DNA of 64,000 nucleotides from Octopus vulgaris (Eukaryota), in assembly GCA_951406725.2 (NCBI GenBank), contig OX597814.1:100998001-101062000 (forward strand), given 5' to 3'. A program made the translations under genes and the position numbers. Positions 14,448-29,009 of this stretch are shown in pieces; within the stretch, counting starts at the first letter, position 1, and each line of letters opens with the position of its first letter. Below the pieces are notes generated by a model, which worked only from the letters and a program-made list of their open reading frames with translations, was not told the DNA's origin and did not search any database.

Positions 14448-15220
14448 TATATATACAAACATATACATATATGTGTGTGAGTGTGTGTGTACTGAGAGAG
14501 ACAAACATACTGTCGGTGAAGATATATTCATATATCGACAGATACATACTTGCATACGAAAGCACACTCACACACATACATATATACACACATACACACG
14601 CACACATACGCGCACATCTTTCATTAAGCCATTATACAATATAAAAATATAAACAGTTGTACATAAATTTAAGTTAATGCGAGAAATTTTAAGGCAATAA
14701 AGTAATATTTAACACAGATGTAAAGTAATACGGAAGGCATCTCAGATTTGTAGCAGGTGATTTCTTATATCTTGAAAAGCAAATCAAAAACAGAAAAATA
14801 TTCAGGCAACTTAAACAATACAACCGATATACTGACAAAGATTTTCAACAAACGCATATAAACAGTATTTCGTTCATAAATCTCTCACACATGCAGGCAC
14901 AATACGCAAGCACATGCAAACACACAAGCAAACATATACACATAAATGCACGCACACATACTCACAAACACACACACACAGACACGCACACAACCACATA
15001 TATACAGTTATGCATATGTACGTGTGTGTGTGTGTACATATATGCATATATATATGCGTTGTTGTATATGTATATCTATGTATATATATGCTTGTACGTG
15101 TTACCCATACGCGCATATACATGCATACCTATATACACAGATATTTATACATATACATGTATTTATATATATATGTATACATATATATATATATATACAT
15201 ATATAGACACATATATATAT

Positions 15221-15265
<45 letters not shown>

Positions 15266-15862
15266 TGTATAAAATCAGATAATCTCCAAGTAAGATTTTT
15301 CTGGATGTTAATTGATTTCAGTTTATCTATAGATTGATTAGCCAATTAAAACCTAGTAATGAAATCTTTTGCCAAGATTAGAAATTAGAATAGAAGAAAG
15401 CAAGAGCAAGCCGAAATTAATTTAACGCGTTTTTATCTAAATTGGAGATCCAAAAACCGGTAAATGGTTTAAAATATTAATTGGCACGGATTAGGTGGGT
15501 TATTCGAGAAAAATATTTTATTTTCGATTAATTACGGTAATTTCATTACTGGTTACTTTCATTTTAGTTTATTTTTATATACGTTTTAATTTGCTGACTT
15601 GAATGTGGAATATTTTTGTGTATGTTTTGTAGTTTATTTAGTTTGCTTTTCTATCTTTGTTTTTTAATATTCTTTGGTGATTTCTTGAATAACATATCTG
15701 ACAAATAAAACCTGTACGAATGCTATTTATTAAATGATAATGAACGATATTAATGATGATGGAGATCTTAGTGACGATGACGACGATACCGATGATGACG
15801 AATTTAGTGACAATGATAAGGAGGAAGTCTATTGATGATGATGATGATGATGACGATGCTGC

Positions 15863-15894
<32 letters not shown>

Positions 15895-16083
15895 ATGATA
15901 AGCATGTGGTCGAGGAACACTCGTATGACCAGACGCGATTCTCAATCTGATTTTGATTTTGATGAGTTTGTCTTCTATTTGACGTCAGAGATATGCTAGT
16001 TGGTTCACTTTGTTTGATTCTGTCAGTCTAAATAATGTTAACAATTCTGCCAGTTCGTCGCCTTAATAATAATAATAATAATG

Positions 16084-16152
<69 letters not shown>

Positions 16153-16991
16153 GTTAGAGGTGGTGTGCAAGAAAATAACCTTTGATGAAGACTTAAACAA
16201 AAGTTCACATCAAATTGTGTAAAGAATTTGATGATATACAAAACGACTAATTTACGAACAAAAATGCTAGTCCGCAACATAAACTGAATTTTAGCAAATA
16301 TCAATACGGAATGCAAGGGAAGAATCAACAAACACATGTTCCCTCTTAAATAATTTGCGTCTGTACCTTTTAAAAGGCACTATAGAAATTGAAGCATTGT
16401 CAAGAAGGCTGCGATGAAAAATATCCTGTAGATTCTGTTCAGTTACATGTTCTCACGAGATGTGTAGCGCAATATTAAACCTTCATTCGAGATGTCAAAC
16501 TAGCAAAAGAAGGTTGTTAGTAAATATCCAACATCAAAAAATACCAGCTTCAAAATTCAGCACCATTGTGGGGTATACCAAAGCAGTGTTGATCAATACG
16601 CCTGTGCTGAGCATCTGCAGGTAGAACGAGATGTCTAACTGAAAGATCTGTCATTATAGCTTAATCTCAAATCTGCTGTCATCGAAGATATTTATACTCT
16701 GAGATGTCCTAGCAGAGGTCATCATGTTCTCTTATCTTTTAGCTTGAGCGACCACGTTACAGCTTCACATTGGGGAGACAGAATATGAGATGCGGATGAT
16801 TGAGTCATAAGCGTTACATAAATTTACCTACGGAATTGTGACTTAGTCAGAGTTCAACCATGATACAAGAAAGCTAAAAGCAGTGGTATTAAGCAGTTAT
16901 TTATTTATTTGCTTATTTCAAATGAAATGTAACTAAGAGGACATTTGAAATAAAGCTTAACTAAGAGAACACAATATGTAACGTAACTTTT

Positions 16992-17530
16992 TTGTTAAGG
17001 AGAAATGATTTCACGCCAGGGAGATACAACGTTAAATATAACCCTTTAGTTGATCCTCAGAAAATTTTACTTCCTCCCTTACACATCAGACTTCGCTTGT
17101 TTAAGAATTTTATTGAGGTCATGAATGAAGACGGTGAAGGATTCAAATATTTCATTGAAAAATTTGTTTCTAGCAAGATCAAAACCGGTGTTTTTAATGG
17201 ACCAGAAATTTGCACACTAATTTGTGATGAGCTTTTTCAAGAAAAATTAAACCCAGTAGAGAAAATTGCTTGAGAAATATTTGTTTCACTTGTAAAACAG
17301 TTTTTAGGCAATCGTGTGCATACGTTGTAAATGTGAATAATTTTTTGAAAGTTTATAAGCAACTTGGGGCAAGAATGTCTCTAAAAATTCGTTTTTTCCA
17401 CTCTCATCTTGACTTTTTTCCAACCAATATGGGTGATGTAAGCGATGAGTTTAGTGAACGATTTCATCAAGAAATCAAGGAGCTAGAAAGCCGCTACAGT
17501 GGCACACTTAACGAAACATGCTGACGGACT
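16992..17530 (+). pseudogene. Chapaev/Chapaev3-type (CMC/Transib-related) transposase fragment
   Basis: LVDPQKILLPPLHIRLRLFKNF..KIKTGVFNGPEI and MSLKIRFFHSHLDFFPTNMGDVSDEFSERFHQEIKELESRYSG match the recalled motifs PPLHIKLGL, MSLKIHFLHSHLDFF and SDEQGERFHQDI. Confidence 0.8.
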
Positions 17531-17619
17531 ACTGCTGCTTTTTTAAAATGATGAACAGACATGCAACATAAGCGTAAAGAACATGATATTAATAATATTC
17601 ACTTTACACTTCGTTTTGT

Positions 17620-17780
17620 GTTTTATGGTTTTATTCAACATATTCCCCTCTCAGATTTACATACTTATTGCAGTGGTCCTTCAGTTTTTCTAAGGCCCGT
17701 AAAAGAACTTGAAAGTTTGAGCCTCCAGCTAGGCCATTCACGATACCTTAAAGTCAGGAACTTTTTCAGCACCCTCTTCG
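17620..17780 (+). mobile_element. Mariner-type MITE, right part
   Basis: TTTATTCAACATATTCCCCTCTCAGA...CAGGAACTTTTTCAGCACCCTC; the end is the reverse complement of the 36515 terminus. Confidence 0.65.
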
Positions 17781-18017
17781 CAATGAAAATAGAAAAGCAA
17801 TTTTGGGTACAACACGTAAATTATAAACGGAACAGTTGAGAGAATTATAATTCACGTACAGTACTCTCCTTGTAATGCTAAACAGTTTAACAATTCCACT
17901 CGAAATAGATGTTATTGAGGGCAATGTGCAAAGCAATATATATATATATATATATCACACACACATATATATATATATATCATATACATACATATATATA
18001 TATATTATTTATATCAT

Positions 18018-18127
<110 letters not shown>

Positions 18128-18944
18128 CACACACACAGTTATGCGCTTATAAATCATTGCCTGTGTTGGTGTAAGTGTATTGTGTGTGTCTACTATTAGT
18201 TCTCTCATTGTTTACATTCATTTATCTCTATTTCCCATGACTATTGCAAATTTGATACACATGTGTGTTGTTGGCACAGATTATTGAGATTACTAACTTA
18301 TTGTATTATGTTATTGTTATTGCTTGTCAAGATGGGTATCACACCGGCGTCAAGTGAATTTCAGTATGTGCTTTCCTATGTGCGTGTGATTATATATATA
18401 TATATATGGAGAGTGAGAGAGAGAGAGAGAGAGAGATGTCTGTATATAGTTGTGTGTGTATATATATATGTATATATGAGCGTGTATGAGTGCACGTTTG
18501 TGTATCAGTCTGTGCGCATATATCATTAAAAAAAAACTGAATTAAATAATAAATGGACTATGGTGTTTATCGAGGCGCATCTCTCTGAAGTGTTCAAGTT
18601 TCTCATTTTCTGCTTCTTCCCGTCACTCAATTAATAGCTTGTTAATAAATATTGCTGTCTAACGATGCGCCTTTTTTTCCGCACAATTCTTTCCTCTGAT
18701 TCTTGAAACTATACAGTACTACACGCTTAGTAGTATAATGTAGTATCTAAGAGGATGATGAAAATATTAGTTGTTATTCGAAAATCCTTCTCGTTTTATT
18801 ACATTGTAAGTGGTTTCTGTGTTACGCTGACACTTGGATCTTTATCGAAATCTTCAGAGACAATCGGTTTGACGCTCACTTTTAAAAGGCTGGGTAATAT
18901 TAATTACAGGTAAAGGTGGCGAGCTGGTAGAATCGATAGCACGA

Positions 18945-19429
18945 TTGCGACTCTTTCTCATCTTGTATAAAGAATAGCGAATGTCTCCATGCATTACCTG
19001 CTTGATAAGAAACTCAGACACTCCCATGTTCCTGGCGATAGACCTGATTGACTTGAAGGTATCGTTGTCAATCATGGCCTGGATCTCACCAACGAATTCA
19101 AGAGTTCTTTTGTTATCAGAAAAATCAAAGTGAGTTTTCCGAGCTGCTATACTTTCGTAATCACCATTAGACTCATCCAACTCTTTCTGAATCCTCTGCA
19201 CGGTCCTCAGATTCACACCCGAACACTCTGAAATTTCGTATTGGAGCTCCCGGCTCGCATGCCAAGCAGTAAAGTATATCGTTTCCAAATTTCTGGCAGA
19301 GAAAATTGCGACATGGTGCTGTTTTTCTCAACCTGACCCTACTATAATGTGTAGTCGTCAAAATCAAAATCAAACAATGCGCATGTGCGTAATTTAAAAA
19401 AATGGCGATAATTTACCCATCGTACACTG
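18945..19429 (-). mobile_element. Tc1/mariner-superfamily element, 5' end with transposase HTH domain
   Basis: TA + CAGTGTACGATGGGTAAATTATCGCC terminus at 19429; ORF 18854-19288 gives ISECSGVNLRTVQRI...SIRSIARNMGVSEFLI...DIRYSLYKMRK; truncated before the DDD/E domain. Confidence 0.75.
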
Positions 19430-19730
19430 TATGTGCCCGCGCGCTTGATGTATTTTTTATGCTCCAATATTAGATTATTCAGTCATTACACGGTGATGGC
19501 TTATAAGCTAAAAGCTTATAAGTTATTACTAGTATTTACAGAGATAATTCCGCCGAGATCGACTATGTCTTTCATCCTTTCGCGGCCGATAAATTAAATA
19601 CCAGTTATGTTACTGAGTTCGATGTAATCGACTTATCTCCTACCTCAAACGTCAGGCCTTGTGTCTATTGTAGAAAGGATTACTATTCACACACACACAC
19701 ACACGCATACACATATATATATGTATATAT

Positions 19731-20010
<280 letters not shown>

Positions 20011-20019
20011 AATATATAC

Positions 20020-20092
<73 letters not shown>

Positions 20093-20096
<4 letters not shown>

Positions 20097-20223
20097 GTAA
20101 GAAACTTGCTTCCCAATCACATGTATCTGGGTTCAGTCCCACTGCATGGCACCTTGGGCAAGTGTCTTCTACTATAGCCTCGGGCCGACCGAAGCCTTAG
20201 ACGGAAATTGAAAGAAGCCCGTC

Positions 20224-20286
<63 letters not shown>

Positions 20287-20480
20287 GGCCTGTGTATCTG
20301 TGTTTGTCCACCCTCCATTGCTTCAAACCGATGTTGGTGTGTTTACATCCCCGTAACTTAGCGGTTCGGCAAAAGAGAACCGACATAATAAGTACTAGGC
20401 CTTGAAAGAATAACTCCTGGGGTCGATTTGTTCGATTAAAGGCAGTGCACCTGCATGGCCGCAGTCAAATGGGTGAAGAA
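20093..20480 (+). mobile_element. SINE family A
   Basis: GGTTCAGTCCCACTGCATGGCACCTTGGGCAAGT; internal (TA)n; same tail. Confidence 0.8.
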
Positions 20481-20745
20481 TGGAACTGTTACATTATTTG
20501 TATCCGTCATTTTATGATACGGTATATAATATGGTTTAACAGGTTCCTAACTTCGAAATTGCAATAGAGAATTAACCTTTATTTTTAAGTTGTGGATTTT
20601 ATGTTATGACGCTCGCAGACAGCTTTACTGTGAGGAGATAGAATATGAGTGATAATATTGGCTTTATAGTGACTTTGGACTGCTATTTCTAAACATGTAA
20701 GGGTTTTTGCAACCCTCTCCGTTATAATGTTGATTTTACTCTTTA

Positions 20746-20956
20746 CCTTCTTTTACTCTTTTAATTGTTTCAGTCATTTGACTGCAGCCATGCTGGAGCA
20801 CCGCCTTTAGTCGAGCAAATCGACCCCAGGACTTATTCTTTGTAAGCCTAGTACTTATTCTATCGGTCTCTTTTGCGAAACCGCTAAGTTACAGGGACGT
20901 AAACACACCAGCATCGGTTGTCAAGCGATACTGGGGGGACAAACACAGGCACACAA

Positions 20957-20987
<31 letters not shown>

Positions 20988-21157
20988 CATATACATATAT
21001 ATGACGGGCTTCTTTCAGTTTCCGTTTACCAATTCCACTCACAAGGCTTTGGTCGGCCCGAGGCTATAGTAGAAGACACTTACCTAAGGTGCCACGCTCT
21101 GGGAGTGAACCCAGAACCATGTGGTTGGTAAGCAAGCTACTTACCATATAGCCACTT
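20746..21157 (-). mobile_element. tRNA-derived SINE family A (CORE-like; resembles octopus OR-type SINE), full length
   Basis: A/B-box-like head GTGGCTATATGGTAAG..GGTTCACTCCC, CORE-like GGCACCTTAGGTAAGT, internal microsatellite, tail GGCGGTGCTCCAGCATGGC..AAAAGAGT. Confidence 0.85.
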
Positions 21158-21908
21158 CATAATTAAAAACACTATTTTCATATATATATATATACACCAC
21201 GGACTCTTGCATCGAAGACAACGCATGAGCGTTCAGCTTTTGCCGAGTGATCTGCACAAATGATTTATTTATAGTGATCAAATCTATGTGCTGTACATTA
21301 GCTCACTCTCTCCATCAAATCGACATGCACCACACCTTACGTTTCAAAGTGATTGCAGATCAATGCGAGGTGAAGTCTTTTGCTCAACAACAAAACGCAC
21401 CATCCGGTCTAATAACTGAGACCACGTCCTCACGATCGTGAATTCAACACCCGAACCTCTAGGCCATGCGTGTATTTGAGCGCACGTGTCTGTATCTTTG
21501 TCTTTTTATTAGTTCTCAATTTTTCTGCAACCGGTGTTTGTTTGTTTGATTGTGTGTCCATAGCTAAGCGATATAGCAAAATTACTGAGAGAGAATAACT
21601 AACAAGCTAAAATAGTAGTACACTCAATTTGATCGATTTTACCTTTCAAGATGGGCTGTTAGTATAGCAACAGTTCAATAAAAAATAAGTTATAGTATGA
21701 ATTGATAAATGCTATTTCATCTTTCGTGATATCACTACAATCAGATGTATTGTCTTCTTTTAATCTAACTATGGAGATAGTTACAGTCGAGGAAAGGAAT
21801 CAACTTCATGTCACTAATTCCGTTCACAAAAACAGTTCCACATCATCGTTTTCAAATAGAGGCCGGCCAGTTACTAAAAAGCAAAAAAAATGAGAGAGAC
21901 TGAGAAAG

Positions 21909-21939
<31 letters not shown>

Positions 21940-23199
21940 GAAAAGTGGAAAGTTTTTCTGTTTTTTCTCTTTTAGTTTTGAACGCTTGAAATTTGGAAAA
22001 TTTGATTTTCTGCGCACACATATAAAGAAAGCAGATTATTCCCCACTACCTCCACCAAAAAAGATTTCAGTTTCTATGGATGCACTATGCGAAACGAAGT
22101 GGTAGAGTTGCACTAGCACTATATAACACACAAAATGCGGCACAAAGGGAATCGAAATAATGTATAATTACTTGAAAAAGATAGATTATAAGCAAAATAG
22201 CGATAAACGGTATTGAATAAGAGGAGAAAATGAGAAGTTAGTGACATAAGTAGTAGTAGTAGTAGTAGTTGTGGTGGTGGTTGTTCTGAAGGAGGTTATG
22301 TCAGTGGTGTTGTAGTTCACGTTGTGAGAGAGTGAATGTAGAGAGAGTGAATGTAGAAAAGCAGAAGGAAATTTTCGAGAGAATTTTTCAGTTTGGGGAA
22401 TCGAGGAAGATATCGAGTCAGTGATGCAAGGGGAATGGACTGGAATTGGAAAAAAAAACAAAAAAAAACGAAAGAAAGAAACAGAAGGTGGAGCAGATGG
22501 AAGAAGAGAAGGAGAGAGAGATGATGGTTCGCTAAGAAGCGTGTGGGACACTGAAATGATATATGTCAAACGAGATGAAATACATGAGATGAAGGGGAAA
22601 ACGTAAAACTAAAGAAACAAATAATAATGAGAGAAAAACTATGGCAAAGCGGAGAAAATCAGGAAAATGGCGTCTTGAGGTTTCTGGTTTTGAGAGAATG
22701 TTTCGAAAAGGTGTAACAAAAGACGAACATGAGGAAAATACAATATGTGATAAGAGAATTGGTAAGTGTATATAATAGGCAGCTAAGATGGAAATTGTAG
22801 ATAGAAGGAGAAATATGCAAAGCATTAAGACAACAAACAAGTCACCCTAATGTGTTGGGTGGGTTATACAACATGAATGAAGAGCAGGAGGATACGTAAA
22901 GAAAGGAAGAAAAAAGAATTGAGGGGGAAGAACAAAGGGAAAAGAGAGAATGATGAATGGTAGTGACAGGAAAAGAGAAAGAGAGAGAAACAGAGTGAGA
23001 GAGAGTGTGTGTGTGTGTGTTTAAAAGAGAAAGTATGATTTATTGAATGAAGATAGTATTTATTACGTTGACAGAAAATATTGTTTAGTTGCCAATGAAG
23101 AAATAGAAAAGAAAATATAGAGGAAGCTTCGATGAAGAAAGCGATATGATAATATGAAATAAAATTATGTCATTTTTGTGATAATATTAACTGTTTCAA

Positions 23200-23410
23200 A
23201 GGCGGCGATCTGGCAGGATCGTTAGCACACCGGGCAAAATACTTAGCGGCATTTTGACCGTCTTTACGTTCTGAGTTCAAACTCCGCCGAGGTCGGCATT
23301 CCCTTCCATCCCTTTAAGTGTTGATAAAATAAGTACCAGTTGAACACTGGTTGTCGATGTATCGATTTAACACCTTTCCTAAAATTGCTGGCCTTGTGCC
23401 AAACTTTGAA
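23200..23410 (+). mobile_element. tRNA-derived SINE family B (Nin/Deu-like central domain)
   Basis: GGCGGCGATCTGGCAGGATCGTTAGC..GAGTTCAAACTCCGCCGAGGTCG..GATAAAATAAGTACCAG. Confidence 0.75.
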
Positions 23411-23600
23411 GACTGTAGAAATTGTTTCTGAATTTTAAACAAGGTGACACATTTCGATGTAAATCTAGGTTTATATGTATGTCTTTTATTTTGTTCTTGT
23501 TTCACTCATTAGTCAGCATCCATGCTGGGGCATTGGCAGATAGCTTCTCCCACCCCGTATTCAATTCACACACACACAAACACACGCACAAACACACGCA

Positions 23601-23640
<40 letters not shown>

Positions 23641-24051
23641 AACTGGTGAGGTTGATGTCGTAGGTTTCACCTACAAAAAAGAATGAAACATGTTGGGGAG
23701 GTTTGGGAGGCAAAGTGCTGTAAGATGTAACGCAGGGTATAATTGTTAGTGCGGGCACGGGGCTGGGAGTTGAATGCAATAAGAATGACGAGAGATGGAG
23801 AGATTAGTGCATTGGGTGTTTGAGTAGAAGAGGTTTATGCTCAGTTAGATACTTGGAACATTATTCTAAAGACATACTCCAGCCGAGTTCGCTTCATGTC
23901 CAGCCTTCCTTTAACATACAACATGAACCTGAAAGAAGACTATATGTAGTTGATATATCTTCTAGAAATAGAAATCAAAACCCTTCAAATCACACATTAG
24001 TCTTAAAACACAATGGGTAATACGATCATATATATATATGATCGTATTACC

Positions 24052-24178
24052 AAGCAGCTTGCTTACCAACCTCATTGTTCCGGGTTCACTCCCACCGCAT
24101 GGCACCTTGGGCTAGTGTCTTCTTCTGTAACCTCGGACCTTGTGAGTGGATTTTGTAGACGGATATATCTGTGTGTGT

Positions 24179-24213
<35 letters not shown>

Positions 24214-24548
24214 GGCTCCCCCACCATCGGTTGACAACAGATGGTGGTGTGTTTACATCCCCGTAATCTAGCAGTTCGGCAAAAGACACCGATACAATAA
24301 GTACTAGGCTTACAAGGAATGAGCACTGAGGTCAGTTGGTTTGACTAAAGGCGGTGCTCCAGCTTGGCCGCAGTCAAAATGACTGAAACAAATAAAAAGG
24401 ATATATATATATAGGTGCTGGGGTGGCTGTGTGGAATGAAGCTGGCACCTCAATGTTCTGGATTCAGTCCCACTGTGTGACACCTTGAACAAGTGTCTTC
24501 TACTATAGCCCAATAGTTTGATAGACAGAAACTGAAAGAAGCCTGTGG

Positions 24549-24621
<73 letters not shown>

Positions 24622-24763
24622 GTCCCCGTAACCTAGCGGTTCGACAAAAGAGACGATAGAATAAGTTCTAGGCTTACAAAGTGCTGGGATAGCTTTGTCC
24701 GACAAAAAAAATTGGGATGGTGCTCCACCCTGGCCGCAGTCAATTGACTGAAACAAGTAAAAG
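24052..24763 (+). mobile_element. Two tandem SINE family A copies
   Basis: Copies at ~24052-24400 and ~24413-24763 with the same head, CORE-like block and tail. Confidence 0.8.
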
Positions 24764-26189
24764 AATATATATATGTTTGCAAGTGTGTTGATTGCAGGCC
24801 TTTGTTTCTTAATCATGACTAGGTAAAGAAAAAACAGGCTAGTTTGTCGGGAATAAGTAATAACAAGTGAACTGTCGCTGCGCATTCCATTCTTTAAATC
24901 ACGATATATATATTTCCAAAGCAAGGCGGATGGCTGGAGTAGCCAGAGAAATAGACCCGTCAATCATGTCTACTCACTCGCTGGACTAACTACATTATAA
25001 TCTAGCCTGCCTCAGTTACAGTCGACTTGGGCAAAACAATAAAAATAAAAACATCAACATCTTAAAAAATCAATTTTCATTGTCGTTCATCCTCATCAAC
25101 ATCATCATTAGCATCATCACCACGACGACGACCACCAACAACAATAGGCTCAAAAGTCACAAGAGCACATACATACACGCACACACATATACACATATAT
25201 TCATGCACACATGAAAGAAAAAAGTATGCGTAGGACAAAAGGAAATAGAGACCTTTTAAAGGAAGAACTATCAAATATTTGGAGAGAAAACTTCACAAAT
25301 TAGGAAACTCACATGGCATACTCTATTATGAGAATTGTATGAATGTGCAATAATGAACAAATGAAACAAACTTTTAACAAATTCATGCAGCCGAACACAA
25401 AAGAAATGATGGAATTGCTACAGATCAATCGAAAATGCATTATACTTTACAAAAGAAGAGATCAAAACTGTATCAGAAATGTATTCATAAAACAGCTACA
25501 TGAATCACAGCAACATTTATCATGAACGTTTACAGCAATTCTTTAGTCAAATGACTGCTGTAAAACATTGCTATATACTTTGAAGCATGCCTAGATTTCA
25601 AATGTTGGATAACAGTTATTTTAGCAAACGAACAATTTCTACAATTGACAACGTTCTGTATTCAATAGAATATCTCAGAGAAAATAACATTTAAATTCGG
25701 AAGAAAGCGGTAAAAATCCAACACGTAACAATGAAATCTGTGATAATGCACCAAGATTCAGCATTATCAAATAAATAGTTTTATTGAACACCAATACCAA
25801 GTTCCATTATAAACGTCATTTTCCGAGAGAAAATAAAAAATAAAAATCTCATAAATATATACATATAAAAAAATGATAGCATATACATCAAAGTTTCTTA
25901 CTGGATTCTCAGAAAGCAATAAACTCATGATATAAGTAACTAAGATATTACGACTACATAATGATTTTTCGCTGAATCCTTTGAATACAAGAAATACAAG
26001 GTTTTCGCCAGATTAGTATTTCATTTCAACATAGAATATAAGGAACGTTCTCTATTCATTGAAAACGGAAATATGCAGGCATTACATATATACGAACGAG
26101 CTGGCGTAACCACATATCAGTAGATCAACAAATATGAATTTATGTATACGTGTGTGCGTGCATACACACATACATACACACACACACAC

Positions 26190-26267
<78 letters not shown>

Positions 26268-26536
26268 GTGTGTGTGTACGAAAATCGATGTTTATGTAGA
26301 TACATGCTTTCTTTCTATATACAGGATTGCAAATGTAAGGACGTAGAGAAAACGCTCTCTCACACACTAACGCACACATACACACAAACTTACAATTGGA
26401 CAAACGCACGCTCGCATGCAGAAACATGATAAAATCGATAACTACTCCGGTAGCTATCAATTCCTGAACATTTCATGTAGCTGTCATGTTGTAATACACA
26501 CACACACACATGTATATATATGTATACATGTATGTA

Positions 26537-26585
<49 letters not shown>

Positions 26586-26590
26586 CACAC

Positions 26591-26622
<32 letters not shown>

Positions 26623-26769
26623 TTATATATATGTAAAAAGAGAGAGATGCAAACATATATACATATATACGCATATATACATGGTTATACATACATATAT
26701 ATGCATATATATACATATATATATCATATATATATATACATACGTATATTACATACTTACGTCTATACG

Positions 26770-26801
<32 letters not shown>

Positions 26802-26860
26802 CATACATATATACATACATATGCATACATATGCATACGCATGTATATACACACACAGGC

Positions 26861-26941
<81 letters not shown>

Positions 26942-27753
26942 TGTATGTGTTTGTGTGTGTATGTGGGTGCGTGTGTGTGTGAGTGTGTGTGAAATGAAAA
27001 GCAACACGACTGCGTATACTCAACCAATTGATTTCATGGTATTACAGTCATCATTTACATGTGCTTATAGATGTCCCTTACCTCTCCATTACTATTCATT
27101 GGTTTCTTTTATCCTTTTGATTCCATCTAAATGGCAGGTTTCGCTGGATCACTAACTCAGGTCATGCAACGATGCACGCCATCTTGCGGCTGTTATTGAA
27201 AGAACGTAACCGTCTTATCTGAAGTATCGCGAATGTGATCAGGCACGACGTCTTTTTATTCATCTATTATTCTGTCCCTTAAGAAAACCCACACGCATAT
27301 GAAATTGTCGGCAAACGAGCAAATCATTTGCATTGCCGTTATTTAATAGATTTTCTTTTTTCCTTTAAAAAAATACTTATTAACTCTGGCATATCTTATC
27401 TAACAATAATCTGATATATTACACATAAACACATATACAATGAATACGGATATATTCTCGCACATGAATGTGCTTTGCTCCAAAGATATACGCATTGATA
27501 GAGGAAAAGAGAAATACACGTTAACTAAAGAGAGAAATTTACAATAATCATGTTTCATATGCTCTTATGGTTTTCTAGGTTCACAACCTAAATCACAACC
27601 TAAGGCCATGCGTTTAATTTTCGTTATTATCGGCAATAGAGCTGTCCATTGTGTAACAAATATGATGGCATACACGGACACACACTTTATAAACACATAC
27701 AGACAGCCCCACCCCACATATATGTTTTTATCCGAGTGTTCATGTATACACAA

Positions 27754-27819
<66 letters not shown>

Positions 27820-27840
27820 TATATATACACATTTATAAAT

Positions 27841-27906
<66 letters not shown>

Positions 27907-27958
27907 TGTATTCATAAATATGGCCGAAGTCTAATGGGTGAAACAAGTAAAAGATAAA

Positions 27959-28004
<46 letters not shown>

Positions 28005-28064
28005 ATATATGTATGTATGTGTTATCTATGTATGTATGTATGTATGTATGTATGTATGTATGTA

Positions 28065-28230
28065 TATCCTTCTTTGGATCTTTCCCTTTTCCTTTTTACT
28101 GTGCGACGAAGATCTACGCTCGAAACGTCGAAGACTCTATTTTTACCGAGCATCAAACTAATACTTTCCATGTGCACGTTCTCCTATTGTTTGTTATTGT
28201 TATATTTAATGTTTGTTCATTCGATTTGAC
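28065..28230 (+). mobile_element. Diverged (TA)n-anchored element with hammerhead-like motif
   Basis: GCGACGA-AGATC-TAC-GCTC-GAAAC-GTC (28103-28129), then TTACCGAGCATCAAACTAATAC; ends in (TA)n. Confidence 0.6.
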
Positions 28231-28261
<31 letters not shown>

Positions 28262-28317
28262 TTATATTTTTGATGCATACAAACGAAACTAAAAAAGCCC
28301 TTAATACATTTTATATA

Positions 28318-28600
28318 TATCGTGTTGAGTGAAAAGTTTTGCAACATTATGATTAGTAATTTGTTTTGTTCGATAAATTACAAGACCAGCCTCACATTCG
28401 AAGTAGAGACCGTCGTTTTGCCCCTTCTGAAGCCAACGTTCTATTAGGTCTTTGATCTCACGCTGATACCAGTTCATGTCCTTCGAAGCGCGGAACTCCT
28501 TAACTGGAGCTCCACCTTCTCTTATTTGGAGGCTTCAGTGAAGGCTTCAGATAGTGCGACACAATGGTCTCTTCTTTGAATGGTAGGTTGTTCTTGGAAC
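28318..28600 (-). mobile_element. Mariner transposon 3' end remnant
   Basis: Minus frame APVKEFRASKDMNWYQREIKDLIERWLQKGQNDGLYFE (28391-28510) resembles the mariner C-terminus (FFxxxxxxWYxxGIxxLxERWxxxxxxxGxYF); TIR-like TATCGTGTTGAGTGAAAAGTTTTGCAAC at 28318. Confidence 0.7.
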
Positions 28601-29009
28601 TTGAAGAATAAAGCAAATAAGTTACCAGAATATTGCACAATGTTTACAACTGCATTTGAGAAAGGTCGAAGGGGAGATTAGTAAACTCAGTTTATTAATA
28701 TATGGTAGTTAGTTTTTATCGCTAGAAGCCGTTAGCTCGCGATACATAATTAACGAAGAGAGATTCTCTGACTTAGAGAAACATACTTAACTACATATGG
28801 CTCATGAATGTAGACCTGGAATGTTTCTTAGGTATACATTTTTATGAATCCAGGGCGGAAAATATGCGTAGCTGTGAGAGAGCCTGACTGGATGATATAT
28901 GTTTCTGTTCTTTTATGAACTTAAATCAGGTCATGGAGTATTTGCATAGGCGCTCAATCAACCAAGCCTTCATATTTCCTTAACGTAGTTATAAACCTCT
29001 CAGCATTGT

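Noticed and set aside
15753-15950. ORF with poly-D/poly-A tract resembling a transcription-factor low-complexity region
   Set aside because: (GAT)n(GCT)n simple repeat with no flanking domain or convincing splice sites.
16200-16500. Possible third Penelope GIY-YIG remnant (SIVKKA)
   Set aside because: Similarity limited to a few residues; no continuous frame.
18825-18862. Minus-strand CTGAAGA..GATC motif as another hammerhead
   Set aside because: Lacks GAAA and a credible stem II/III; insufficient evidence.
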